DNA of 63,936 nucleotides, counting the filler, from Choristocarpus tenellus KU-1152 (lineage: Eukaryota > Protista > Phaeophyceae): the NCBI GenBank assembly GCA_964200185.2. It is 14 parts of 14 records of this genome, joined end to end, with 100 filler letters (N's around TTAATTAATTAA, not from the genome) between each part and the next. Parts side by side here need not be neighbours in the genome. Positions count along the whole stretch, not along the records: positions 50,722 to 54,679 come from CAXNAD020016934.1; positions 54,780 to 58,057 come from CAXNAD020021079.1; positions 58,158 to 61,245 come from CAXNAD020022400.1; positions 61,346 to 63,936 come from CAXNAD020026483.1; 10 more parts are not named here. One strand, given 5' to 3'. The notes under the pieces were generated by a model, which was not told where the DNA came from, did no database searches, and saw only the letters and a program-made list of their open reading frames with translations. Both the position numbers and the translations under genes were made by a program. This document shows, one piece after another, positions 52,604-63,924 of the stretch; the stretch's first letter is position 1; each line of letters opens with the position of its first letter.

Positions 52604-54375
52604 GTCATGTCATTCGTTTCAAAATGTTACAAAACAGAACTTATACAGGTAATCAATCTATTTTACTATATCAGCGCGCGCGCGCACGTACTCGGTGAAG
52701 TTAGAATAGATTGCAAATTTGAAATTGATGGGAACTTGGAGCGAAGGTCAACAACTCACCAGGTGGTTAATTGTCGAGAGGGTAGATGGCAAGACTTGGC
52801 GGCCTTAGCCACGGTGGTCGGAGGAGGGAAATGAGAGGTCCGGTTCGCAAAATGGAGGTTGCCATCCCACATAATAACCTCCGAGTGTTCGCTCACGCTG
52901 TTCAGTGTCTTGGAAAGGTATAATCAATGAGTGTAGGATAATCGTATCCATCACCTTTTCATGATCCTGAACTTTTGGAGATTGCCCATTCGCTGCCATA
53001 TCAAAACCTTCCTTGCTTGCCCATGGCTTAATGTATCTCTTTCCTATCTACTGGAACGGTTCTTGTCACCTACCTTCAATACTCCTTTGGCACCAATGTC
53101 AACCTCTCCTCCAGATCACACTGCGTTTCCACTATTCTCAAGGTTTGTAGGTTCCTAATTGACTGCCAAGGCTTCATACTTTCCGACAGTTCCCCACATT
53201 GAGTACCCTATTCATAGCCTCAGTTGGTATTCATTATTTTCATCTGTGCCAGGTTGGGAAGGAGTTATTCATGGAGACCACCTCGGACCAACTCATCCTT
53301 CGTACTCTCAACGACTCCAAGTCAGCGTTCGCTGCGTTCTACTTCCAAAATACGGGGTTCTTCGAGGTGTTCAGGTCCTTCCATACCCTCTTTCTCCCCA
53401 AATGATGTACTGGTAATAGAAACTCAACCCCCCCCGAATGGTCTTCAAGTCAGCACAGTGAACATATCATGGCAGGGAATGCCTTTGTAGAATACAAGAT
53501 CAATTTGTGGCTCACTAAGCTCTGTTAGATTGTTTCGATGTCGAAATAGGGCCATGCTTAAGGTGTGCTATAGGCTTTAAGTACTGTGTTCATCCATCAG
53601 TTTCTCCCATCAACACCCCTGGCGTGCTCGTAAGTTGCCATCATCCCCCAGCTCGAATCTTCTCATCTCCGCACAAACCTTTGTTTCGTGTCAGTTATAG
53701 GACTGCCAGTCATAGGTAAAAATTGAAGGACTTTTTCACTATATGGTTTAACCAATTCTATTTCTGACAGATCGAATGCTTTATTCCCCATCCGCTCACT
53801 CTGCCCTGTATATGTGCGGGACGCCAACCACTATGTGTTGCCCTGCATCCCCTGGATGGTACTGTTAGGTGCTCTCCTCTGCCTCCAACAGGGAACAGAG
53901 GTGGGGATGCAGGAGAGGGAGAGAGTCAGCAGGAAAGCCAGTCTCAGGGAGCTTTCAACAGTGTCACGTGCAAGATTCTTGTCCGCGCCATTCACAATGT
54001 TCTAAGGACAATACGAAATGTGCGACTGACTGGCTGAATGATACGCCATTCCTCCTCCCTTTGCAGTACTCACCTGCTAGGAATAGCAACTGCACTACAT
54101 CAAACAGTTCATAATTATTGACAATTGTGTCCTTCCTTTCCCGTCCTTGAGATTTTTATTCAGGATCATGGTCCCTGAACAGTGAGTTGGGTGTTGGCTG
54201 GACAGACCAAGATGATCTAGCCGAGCCTAGGCGCTAGAACTTATCTATATCTCCCACACGCCTGACTCTATTCCACCTTGTGACTTGCAGGTGTGGAGGC
54301 TAGTAATCTACGTGGAGGGGGAGGATGAGGAGTATATCGAACCTCACTTGGTGTTCCAGATGCATTGTGATCATG
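52604..54375 (+). CDS. Two putative exons of an unidentified gene (52604-52648, 54291-54375)
   Basis: Strong splice signals (tttttctgacag|...CAG|gtaatc and cttgcag|...G|gtgag). The in-frame join reads VMSFVSKCYKTELIQ|VWRLVIYVEGEDEEYIEPHLVFQMHCDH. No family recognised. Confidence 0.35.
52800..54150 (-). mobile_element. Degenerate LINE-like RT fragment
   Basis: Broken frames with GVSFSQSVAHFVLSLE (like GCPLSPxLFxL) followed by an ARDT segment (like YADD). Weak. Confidence 0.25.
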
Positions 54376-54779
54376 GTGAGATTATTGTGTGGCATCATAG
54401 AACAACATGTAGCCCTGTGGTGGAGGTGGTTGAGGAGCAGGCTCGATGAGGCGAAGTGGCAATTCGTTCGGTAAATGTCTGAAGGCTTGGACAGAGGTGA
54501 ATAGACTCTTTCCTACTAGGATGCACATCTTGTCTAGCGCAGCTTGTACCTCAGACCCTCCCATCTCACTTTACCCACCGTCCGCCCTCACCTTGGATAT
54601 ACATTTCAAAGTACACACGGTAGTGCTATTAATAGTGCAAATTTTCAGAGTGTCACTCACTCACCCACCCACCCACCCANNNNNNNNNNNNNNNNNNNNN
54701 NNNNNNNNNNNNNNNNNNNNNNNTTAATTAATTAANNNNNNNNNNNNNNNNNNNNNNNNNNNNNNNNNNNNNNNNNNNN

Positions 54780-54845
54780 ATGGAAAAGTAGGCTCCAAAT
54801 GGACAGCCGCCATACACACACACACACACCCGGATACCTTGAGCC
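54780..54845 (+). mobile_element. MITE family C-type right end at contig start
   Basis: CCAAATGGACAGCCGCC-(CA)n-CCGGATACCTTGAGCC. Confidence 0.75.
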
Positions 54846-54871
54846 TGAAACATCGACGTGAACAACCTCAG

Positions 54872-57605
54872 GTGGTCTTGGAACGCGAGAAGAAGGCTCG
54901 GAAGCGTGGGGAGGAGACAAAGGAGGTGTTCCAGGGATGGTCGCAGCACAAGGCTATCAAGGAGGCCGCGGTGCAGTGCTTGAAGTTGGTGGACAAGCCT
55001 ACCAAAGATGGAAAGAAAAACGCCCAGCAGCGTTGGCTTGAGGTGAGAAAGTCACAAGTTTTTTTCTGTTTTTTTTTTCTACCCTGGGGTGTCAGGCACA
55101 GTTGAGGTATTGAGAGACCCCTGGTGTTGATCGTATTTAACGACAAGTGGGGGTGTGGATGGAAGGGTGTGTTTTAGATAGATGGAAGGGATGTGCATGC
55201 ATTGATCAGGAGCATGGATATCCGTGGGTGGCGAGGGGAGGGTTGTTCGTGGAATCATTTCTTTGAAGAACTGCTGGGGCTGGTCTTTCCCCTCTTGCCC
55301 TCAGCACAAGTCCACCCAACTTCCGATTGGACCTACGTATTGATTTCACTGTTTGACCTGAAAGTCCATGCACATGTCAGGAAAATCATTTTTATCCTCA
55401 TAACGCGTTTTTTTGCACATATCATCATCACTATCCACAAGAACAACCAATAAGAGGACTGCATAAGGCATGTGCTAGCATTGGACTGCCCTTGACAGTA
55501 TATGTTGAGTAGAACAACAGTCCTAGGAAGGGGGTTACTGAGGGATGGGTGTAACTGCTTCTATACCAGTTCGAGCATAACTACGAACATGTGTGGCAAG
55601 CAACAGACCCAAAGTGTCTGGGGAGGGGGGGGGGGATCTACACCAGAGTGTCCATTTGGACCTAGACTACGAAAAGTGCACTTTCATTATCCATCCAACG
55701 TATGGAACCAAATCACCAAAACTCGCGACATGAAAAAATGGTTCCCAAATGGACAGCCCCCACACCTCCCCAGATACTTCGAGCCCAGGGTCAAAAACGG
55801 ACGCCGGCACCCCTCCCCCAGATGCTTTGACCCAACAGAACGCATACTCCATACCGTTGTGATACCTAGATATGACAAAAAAAACTAGAGGGCAGGAGAG
55901 TTTTCATAGCTATTTCATCCTGTTGACTGAATGCAATAACCGAACCATTTTGTTTGTCTAAATATTGCTGCTGTTATCATGTCGACTGCCCTTCAATATA
56001 TTGCTATCACCACCATACTAGAACAACTCATGAGCCTATCCCTAATGAAGGAGGTCGTTGCACTATGCTCCTGCTGTTCCCAGGTAGGCCGTGCCCTCAA
56101 AGCTGTGGATGCACGACTTCTGGCAGAGTGGATATCCTGGGCAGAAGGCTCCTTTCCAGCCTCTCACTGCCAGGTGTCTGTCCCTGTTAAATTTGATCAA
56201 TTTGAGCCACACTCCCACATTTGTTTTGCACAGGGTGGGGTCGAGATCAGATTGAATAACCAAAAGTGTTCAATTGCTTCTGTTTGCCTTTCTTTATTGA
56301 CACACACCAACATCCAAATGGCAATACTTGAGTCAAAGTATCTTAGAGGGTAGGGTTGCGTCCGTTTGGGGTCAAAATCCAATATTGTGTTTTTGATGTA
56401 ATTTTGGCTATCATGCTTGTTAGGAGATGTCAATATCCTCGTTCTGGACGCGCCTTTCATAACATCCATATTTTATCTACTCGGAAACATTTTGGAGTAG
56501 GTAGAATGTCATGAAAAACCCGTGAGAAACCAAGCCCCAAACAGACAAACAGGGCAGAGCTCGTACCCTCTAAGATACTCTCACTCACTTGTCCTCATCC
56601 CAACCCTAACCCTACCCCTACCCCTAATACACGTAGCATATTGTACCAAGCCATTTTCATGGCTGGGGGGGGGGGGGTGAGGTCGACTGAACGAATGAAA
56701 CCACCCCTTAGCTCTGCTCTGTGCGGGGATCACCATCTATGTCCTTCAAAATTCATCAAAGTTCATCTGTGTACCATGCTGAGGTCGGATGAAATTCGTT
56801 TTGACTTCTCTATGGCATTTCCCTTGTTAACTGTGTCCATGAGTTTATCACAATTATATTTTTCCCACTATGCCCTCCCCTGAAGGCAATTAGGAAAAGA
56901 TTTGAGGAGTTACTGAAAGAGACTGCAGTCTGGAGGTTTTGCTGGTCAGCTGTGCGTGAACTGATTATCATACCCTGATCAGATTCCTTCAACACACGAA
57001 ATGACAGTGTAGAGTCAAATCGTTTAAGAGGGTAGGGCCAAGTCCGTTCGGGGTCATAAATCCAATGTTATGATTTTGATGGATTTTGACTATCGTGCTT
57101 GTCAGCAGGTGTCAATACCCTTGCTCCAGACACACCTTTCATAGTCCTATACATTTTAGGGTCAGGGTAACTATGTTCATACAGAAAACCGAAAAAGGCC
57201 GTAAAAACTCCCCCGTGGGAAGCCAAGCCCCAAACAGACAAACAGGGCAAAACCCCTACCCTCTAAAGTGCTTTGGGTCGTACCCTCTGCTACCCTCCAG
57301 AGTTGCTCTACTACTTTGTACTCAGTGAAAAACCCAGGATGTGGGAAATACCACAACGAAGGTAGTCTTTCAGGCAGTACTACAAGTAGAAAAGTAATTT
57401 ATTGCTCATGACTGTTTCCCCCGAGCAGTATAGATCACTGTCCACAATGAACTTCCATCCATCTACTGACCACCTTGATCAGGCGGTGTGGGATATCTTT
57501 CATCCTGTTGCGTGCGACACGCACTCCACAGTCTACAGTGCCATACGGGAGACGTTTCTCAAGCTGCTGCGTCCGGGTGTGGACTACAGAGAAGCCCTTC
57601 ACAAG
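54872..57605 (+). CDS. Internal exons (54872-55042, 56084-56173, 57483-57605) of a protein with a PriCT-2-like (primase C-terminal 2) domain
   Basis: Three phase-0 GT-AG exons splice to ...AVQCLKLVD...QQRWLE|VGRALKAVDARLLAEWISWAEGSFPASHCQ|AVWDIF..., matching the PriCT-2 pattern W..VG.AL......L..W..WS.......C...W..F. Confidence 0.7.
55606..55833 (+). mobile_element. Chimeric MITE (complete family C plus a family B end), TSD AACA
   Basis: Family C at 55606-55785 is followed by a family B terminus at 55788-55833; AACA at 55602-55605 and 55834-55837. Confidence 0.85.
56330..56586 (-). mobile_element. MITE family A, complete, TSD ACTT
   Basis: GAGTCAAAGTATCTTAGAGGG ... CCCTCTAAGATACTCTCACTC; ACTT at 56326-56329 and 56587-56590. 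Confidence 0.95.
57012..57279 (-). mobile_element. MITE family A, diverged variant
   Basis: Colinear with 56330-56586 but with altered TIRs; TSD imperfect. Confidence 0.85.
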
Positions 57606-57885
57606 GTGTGCAAAGGCTTGAGGCCGCTAGGACTAGGCAAGTCCGTGTATCACTCTAGACACAAGTTCAGTGCACTGTGGGGCATCCTATTTTGGCATGT
57701 GGCGTGAACTTGGATAGGTGTTGGTGTTTCCACTGATATACATGCCCCTTGAGACTCTATGTCAATAACAAATGCAAGTTGCCTCAGAGTACATGGGGAG
57801 GCGGTATAAGATACTGGAGCATTCCTTTCCAGTGCCTATACGCTACCGTGAGGGTGGTGACACTTATCTGTCAACGCAACCGGCT

Positions 57886-58057
57886 GGCTCAAAGTATCTG
57901 GAGGGGGTGGTGACAGTCCATTTGGGGACCATTTTTTCATGTCGCGGTTTTTGTGTGATTTGGTTCCAAACATTGGATGGATAATGGAAGTGCACTTTTC
58001 CTGGTTTTGGTCCAAACGAACACTCTGGTGTAGACCCCCCCCCCTGCCCAGCCCCCC
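57886..58057 (-). mobile_element. MITE family C, reverse orientation, truncated at contig break
   Basis: GGCTCAAAGTATCTGG...; reverse complement of 55606-55785. Confidence 0.9.
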
Positions 58058-59131
58058 NNNNNNNNNNNNNNNNNNNNNNNNNNNNNNNNNNNNNNNNNNN
58101 NTTAATTAATTAANNNNNNNNNNNNNNNNNNNNNNNNNNNNNNNNNNNNNNNNNNNNCCCCCCCCGTCTAATATACTATGGGCCTAAAATAATGATGGAC
58201 ATAGGGACACATCAAAGACCGCCCCTGCATTATAGGGACTGACTCCAACGTCCTAATTTATGTCAGCAGCAATTAACTGAATGAAATATACTTGCTGGCG
58301 TTGAAATGCCATCCGACGTGTTCACCTGATCCAACATCACAGTAGTAGTAGCAGTAGTAAGAGTAGGACCAGCAGTACGAGTATGAGTACAAAAACAAGT
58401 AGCAGGAATAGGAATAGTAGAGGTCCTATTATTGATAGTACTGCCGCTAAAATACTAAAACCGGTCTGATACGTTGTTCAAAGATAGAGTTATCCTTGTC
58501 CTCAGCTATAACTACCTACTATTTCATATTTCAGTGACTTGATTAAGTTGTAAGCGAACAGTGCTGTTACAGGCGAATGGCGCGAGGGTTTCTTCCCCCG
58601 TTCTATCAAGCACAAGCAGTATACACACGTAGGAACCTAATAAAGAGAACTCCGATTTGCCAAAAGTTGCAGAATAAGATCTGTAACTCAGGAATGTATG
58701 CAACGGCTTTCAGGTGTATTCCAACATATGTAAACCAGAACAAATAAATGATAAAAGAAACAAAAGAGTGTCGCATAATCATTGCCACCTCTTCACTTTT
58801 CTATTTTGATCCCATATTCTAATATACTGATATTGATTGAGAAAAATACCTTGTTCTACTGACCTGACGTTCGGAGTCTCCTGGGAGTGTTGTACGAACA
58901 TCAGCGTCATCGATAGGCCTGCGGATTGGAGCTATACATCCCGTGGAGGTAATCTATTGGAGTGTGCTGCAACAGTGCCACTCCAACGCATCCACCATCT
59001 CCGTACAATGGCGTGTTCTGCCAGCGAAGCATTACTACTACGACCGGCGCACCCTATCTTATGATGATCTATGCACCAACCGCCTAGCCTCCTCCGTCAG
59101 ATTTCACTATTGTAACCGCAGCCGGACACAT

Positions 59132-59322
59132 GGGTCAAAGTTTCTGGGGGGGGAGTGTCGGCGTCCGTTTTTCACCCTTTTTTCGATTTTCACTTTTTTG
59201 GTGTGATTTGGTCGCACGCGTCGGATTTGAAGTGTCAGCAAAAAAAACAAAAAAAAGAGTTGTTTGACCGAAACAGACGTCCCCTCACAAACCACCCCCC
59301 CCCCCCAGATATATATTGACCC
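59132..59322 (+). mobile_element. MITE family B, complete, TSD ACAT
   Basis: GGGTCAAAGTTTCTGG ... CCAGATATATATTGACCC; ACAT at 59128-59131 and 59323-59326. Confidence 0.93.
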
Positions 59323-59481
59323 ACATCACCATTACCGTTTTTTAGTAAGTGCACCCCTGCCAAGCAAGAACCTCAATACATTTCCAATGCGTGAGTGGAA
59401 GTAGTACAATTTGGATATTTTACATCATATCCAGACACCAATATCGTACTTAAATATGTCTGTTGTATCGGATTGAACTTA

Positions 59482-59786
59482 GTCATGCCAAACATTTGAT
59501 AATGTAGTACTACAGGTGGTTCAACTACTAATTTTCTAATATCAGTCCTTGTATCCCTTGTTCCGATTTGAAGTAGAAGAAAATACTTACGTTGTTTTGA
59601 ATAAATATGTGAGGGATCTTCTCATCCTCAGGTCATGCCAATAATTTGATAATACAATATTACGGGTGGTTCAACTACTACTTTTCTGAGATCATCAGCC
59701 CTTATATCCTTGATTCCGATTTGAAGTAGAAGAAAATACTTCTATTGTTTTGAACAAATTTATGAGGGATCTTCTCATGCTCAGGT
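59482..59786. repeat. Tandem duplication, unit of about 150 bp, 2 copies
   Basis: GTCATGCCAA..ATTTGATAAT...GGTGGTTCAACTACTA...TTCCGATTTGAAGTAGAAGAAAATACTT...GAGGGATCTTCTCAT.CTCAGGT at about 59482 and 59632. Confidence 0.9.
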
Positions 59787-60333
59787 ACCATCTTCACCGA
59801 GTCAAATGTCCCCACATGGTGAAGAGAAAAATATTAATCACAATTGCCGAGATGAAGGGGATCATCGTATCTGAGCTGCTTCCAGGATGCAAAAATAGTA
59901 ATCTTGTCAAGGGCAACATGAGGTATGTAGGCGGCTTGGCTTGTTTGTTGAAATTGTTGGGTGGTCCTACATGGCAATCCTCTCAGAAGTTAGGAGGTGG
60001 AAATTTCTGGTCCATGATGAACTCAACAATGTAGCCAAGCTGTAGCTGTAGATGTTGCCCAAGTATTAGATGTTCCAGTCCAGCATTATTGTGGGTCAGA
60101 GATGTAACTTCTGTAAAAACCTCCAAGATAGTGACGCAGTGGTTTAATGGTGGACGCTGCACTGGCCTTGTTCTCAATGTATATAGTGATGTCGATGATG
60201 TTCCTCATTAGAGTTTGGGAGAGACTGCATGTGGTTACAAACTCGAATAAAAAATGTAAAAAATCTAGATCCTTCTGTAATGATGTTTAAAATTAATAAA
60301 TTAACTTTTTTGATAGAGAACGTGTGGTCAAAT

Positions 60334-60405
60334 GACCCTGTGGCGCAACGGTAGCGCGTCAGATTCCAGACCTGAAGGTTGCGAGTTCGAATCTCGTCAG
60401 GGTCA
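60334..60405 (+). tRNA. trnW: tRNA-Trp (anticodon CCA)
   Basis: Cloverleaf GACCCTG/CAGGGTC, D-stem GCGC/GCGC, loop TTCCAGA, T-arm GCGAG-TTCGAAT-CTCGT; A and B boxes intact; no intron. Confidence 0.95.
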
Positions 60406-60411
60406 AATGTA

Positions 60412-60418
60412 TTTTTTA
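60412..60418 (+). terminator. RNA polymerase III terminator (T7)
   Basis: Oligo-T run 6 nt downstream of the tRNA. Confidence 0.8.
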
Positions 60419-61977
60419 TACCCATCGTGTTCTTTACATGCGTTTTACCCAGAGTAAACGAGAGCTGCCGAGCTTCTAATAAGCCTTTTTGCATTTCAAA
60501 TATGTTTTTCAATCTATTGCATTCACCCATAGTTCTATGAATGGAATTATACGTTTGACTTGAGAACGTTTATATCTTTATTGTTTGAACCTTTTCCGAC
60601 ACAATTCAGAAAAATATCCTACACACTTTTGTAAAAAGACGAATTTTCCACATATTTGTCAGATTCCTTATAATGCAACTTTGGGTACCTCTCGTCTACT
60701 TTGACTCTTTAACCTATCACGAAAGGATGATCCAATCTCATGTGCCAGGCATTATTGAATTGTACACCCCTCTTTATTATATGAAAGCCCGTCTATGATG
60801 ACAAAAAGCGGGACCAGGACAACAGGGAGAGGTGGAAACTCGGTGGCGGGGTCCAGGTTAAGATTCAAGAGAGGAGACGGAATATGAGGGATGGAAGTGC
60901 TAAGCCCAACGTACAAGTTGGAAAGGGGGCAGGGTTCTCAGCATTTCCACAAGGACCAATCAATAGTCCTTAATAAATTATTTAGAGCTTGCAAGCATGG
61001 GAGGAACGGAGGGAGTGGAATTAGCCATAGTGCAATAGTTTGTAGTTAGTATGAGAAGCACTGCGGTGTGCATAGCAACTCCGTCTAGAGGTTGGGATAA
61101 TCCCCAGGGACAATAGTATTATTAACATCATTTGAATTTTTATTATGACGAAGTACTAGCTGGTTCTCTGCAATAGAGACACCAAAAATAATCATGTGCA
61201 AGTTTGAGCAACAATGGGACAAAACCCCCAAAATATCTGGGGGGGNNNNNNNNNNNNNNNNNNNNNNNNNNNNNNNNNNNNNNNNNNNNTTAATTAATTA
61301 ANNNNNNNNNNNNNNNNNNNNNNNNNNNNNNNNNNNNNNNNNNNNTGAAGGAGTAGGAAGGGGGTTAAGGTCTGTTTTTGATTGTGTGATACTTGATCTT
61401 TTACTGAATTGCTGCACCCGACCCCTGTGGCTGTGGATAGTGGATTATAGAGTTTAGAAGGGTGTTTTTTTAATGTTCTGGATGTCTTGAGGACGCGCCT
61501 TCTTTGATTACTACGTAGGGTTTCCATGAAGAGAGGCGTTGGCTATATTGGATGAGCTCTTTCGATTTCTCGTTTCGGCATTGGCTTGAGGTGCGAGTGT
61601 AGAGAGGGCTACACTACTGTTGTGTTGATGAATGTTTTGTTGCCGGATTTATTTATTTATTTTTGGGGGGGGGGCGGTCACGCAGGGGGGCGTTGTTTGC
61701 ATCCCTCGTGGGAAGTGATGAGTAACTTGAACAAGAGTGTTTTGGGGCTAATGAGCACTTGCAATTGGGGAGGGGAGAGGAGGGGAGGGGAGGAGAGGAG
61801 AGGACAGGGGAAAGTCTATCCATGCATACCTCCCAAGTAATACAGACCTCTCTTTATGTGTGTGTGGCTACTAGGGTTGTGAACTATAAATAGGCAAGCA
61901 TGCTCTCATTTATATTTTCAAAAAATTAATTGTACACTTTATGTGTGTGTACATTGCATGTGTGTGTGTGTGTAGTT

Positions 61978-62037
61978 TGGGGGGGGGGGTGGCGGCTGTC
62001 CATTTGGGTCCCATTTTTCCATATCGCCATTTTTTGG
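61978..62037 (-). mobile_element. MITE family C-type fragment
   Basis: polyG-TGGCGGCTGTCCATTTGGGTCCCATTTTT, next to a small internal N gap. Confidence 0.65.
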
Positions 62038-62112
62038 NNNNNNNATATAAAATCAATCTTTATATATTTTCTATTTTTTTGCTTTGTGAGGGTGGGGTGG
62101 GTTGCACACCAG

Positions 62113-63888
62113 GAATCGATTGTTTGCTACTTCAGGTAACGTTTATGTTTTTTTTTCCTAGCACACCATGTAGAGACCAGAGAGGATGAACTGATGTACG
62201 TTGTCTACCATGTCGACTCTTGCAGAGCGTACTGTTTGGAAGTTAACCCTCTGTAAAAGATGTAACCGCCATACTCCTTGCCAACAATAGGTAACACCTG
62301 TTTGTACCATGAGACTTCAGAAAAATGATACGTAGGCGTTGTCCCTCCATCTATAGTTCTTCTCCACCAACATCTCGCACCCTCATGCTACACAAAAATA
62401 CATACACACACACACACACAGACACACACACACACACACATATGTATATATTCTTTTTTTCTGGTGCAACTCCTGTTTTTTATTTATATTTTTTCTTTTT
62501 TATGTTGCTTTTTTTTTGTTCGTTGCTGTTGGTTGTTTTGCCCTCCCCAGGTGCGTCCGATGTTTGAAAAGAGGAAGGCGTTTGAGGAAGAGAGATTACT
62601 CGCAAGGGGGGAAGGAATTGGAGGCATCCCACCTAACCCTGTTTCTGCAGCAGTGATCCAAGAGCTGGATGTAAGTCTGTTACTTTTGCAGCTGGGGGGG
62701 GGAGGGGGGATGATGGCTGCTCTACTACTGCTCATCAAAAAAAAAATTAACTCAATGATCTCTCCAATCAACGGCCAACTAATTTCATTGTAATGATCTT
62801 TTTTTTTCTTTTGTTGCAGATATTTTTGTTTTGCTTGTTTTTTTATTTTGTACAATCTAGATGAGGGTTAGGGTTAGGGTTACAAGGGTTACAAGGGTTA
62901 CACGAGAAGAGAGAGGGGAGGGGGTATGTAGGGAGAAAGGAAGAGATCCGCATCAAGGAGAAATAAAAAATATTTTTAAAAGTATGAATGAACAATAATT
63001 GTTTTAATAGTTAATAGGTAGTTTTGATTCATATCATTACAGTTCTTCGCCATTGATTTTGGCCATGTGCAAAATGTGGTTATGTTGATATTCTTGAAGA
63101 AGATGTTGATATTCTTGAAGGGTCAAGCGATCTCCAGGTGGAAAAAGTATGGTGGAGTAAGCACCAAAGCCTGAGGGGATGGTGGGGGGGATGCGTTTCA
63201 AGGGTGTGGAGTTGTAGTATTGAATGAAGGCGTTATCAGGGTTAGGGTTAGGGTTAGGGTTATGGCGCTGTGGTGCGGACAGGATGTGTTAGAAATTAGT
63301 ATTGTTGCAATAAATTAGAACCTTGTTCGGGGTATTTTAGTATCCGTGTTGAAAGGCACTTGCTGTGGGTGCAAGTGCAATCAATGGAGAGTGGAGGGGA
63401 GGGAACAGGAGATTCGTGTGTGTTGTGCTTCTTTTTTTTTGTGATAGGTTCCTCCCCGTTGTTGAGAGAAATGGACCCCCCTCATCCTCTTTCTCCACCT
63501 CGCATGGCATGTCAAAATTACAATCCACCCACACAACACATGCACTTGCAAGGTATTTGTTCATTTTGTAGTACATAGTTTTATTGTTTTGGCTACATAT
63601 GTATGTACATACATATTACTTACATACATAAATATATTTTATTCTTATTTTTTGAAATCTTGTGCGACTTCCCCACAGAAAAAGCTTGATACAATCGATG
63701 ACCTCATTGCTCGGTTGGAGATTGAAGAGGGAGAAGAGGGGTTTGGATATGTTCCCAGTGATCCAGAAGATCAAGGTCAAGAGGAGGTGTGTGTAGAGGA
63801 CAAGGGCAATCACAACGGCGATAATCGCTCTGAGGGCAGCTACAAGGATGGCTATGAAGAAGAAGAAGAGGGGGGGGGGGGGGGTTAC

Positions 63889-63919
<31 letters not shown>

Positions 63920-63924
63920 AATGA
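62113..63924 (+). CDS. Putative exons (62113-62135, 62551-62670, 63679-63924) of an unknown protein with an acidic, low-complexity tail
   Basis: GT-AG sites with compatible phases give IDCLLLQ|VRPMFEKRKAFEEERLLARGEG...IQELD|KKLDTIDDLIARLEIEEGEE. The 3' end is unreliable because of poly-G. Confidence 0.55.
62864..62900 (+). repeat. Interstitial telomere-like repeat (also 63238-63262)
   Basis: (AGGGTT)3 followed by ACAAGGGTT variants; (AGGGTT)4 at 63238. Confidence 0.85.

Noticed and set aside
55606-57279. MITEs acting as introners (intron-generating elements)
   Set aside because: They sit inside longer pre-existing introns, and their ends do not coincide with splice sites.
15914-60405. Functional cluster for UGA recoding (SelO, tRNA-Trp, tRNase Z, GTPase)
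   Set aside because: The genes lie on separate contigs joined artificially, and TGA appears to be an ordinary stop here.
60326-60409. GGTCAAATG direct repeat around the tRNA as a TSD or integration site
   Set aside because: The repeat overlaps the tRNA's own termini and is short; there is no associated element, so it is probably chance.
60174-60530. 118-aa minus-strand ORF
   Set aside because: It is antisense to the tRNA-Trp gene and has no protein features.
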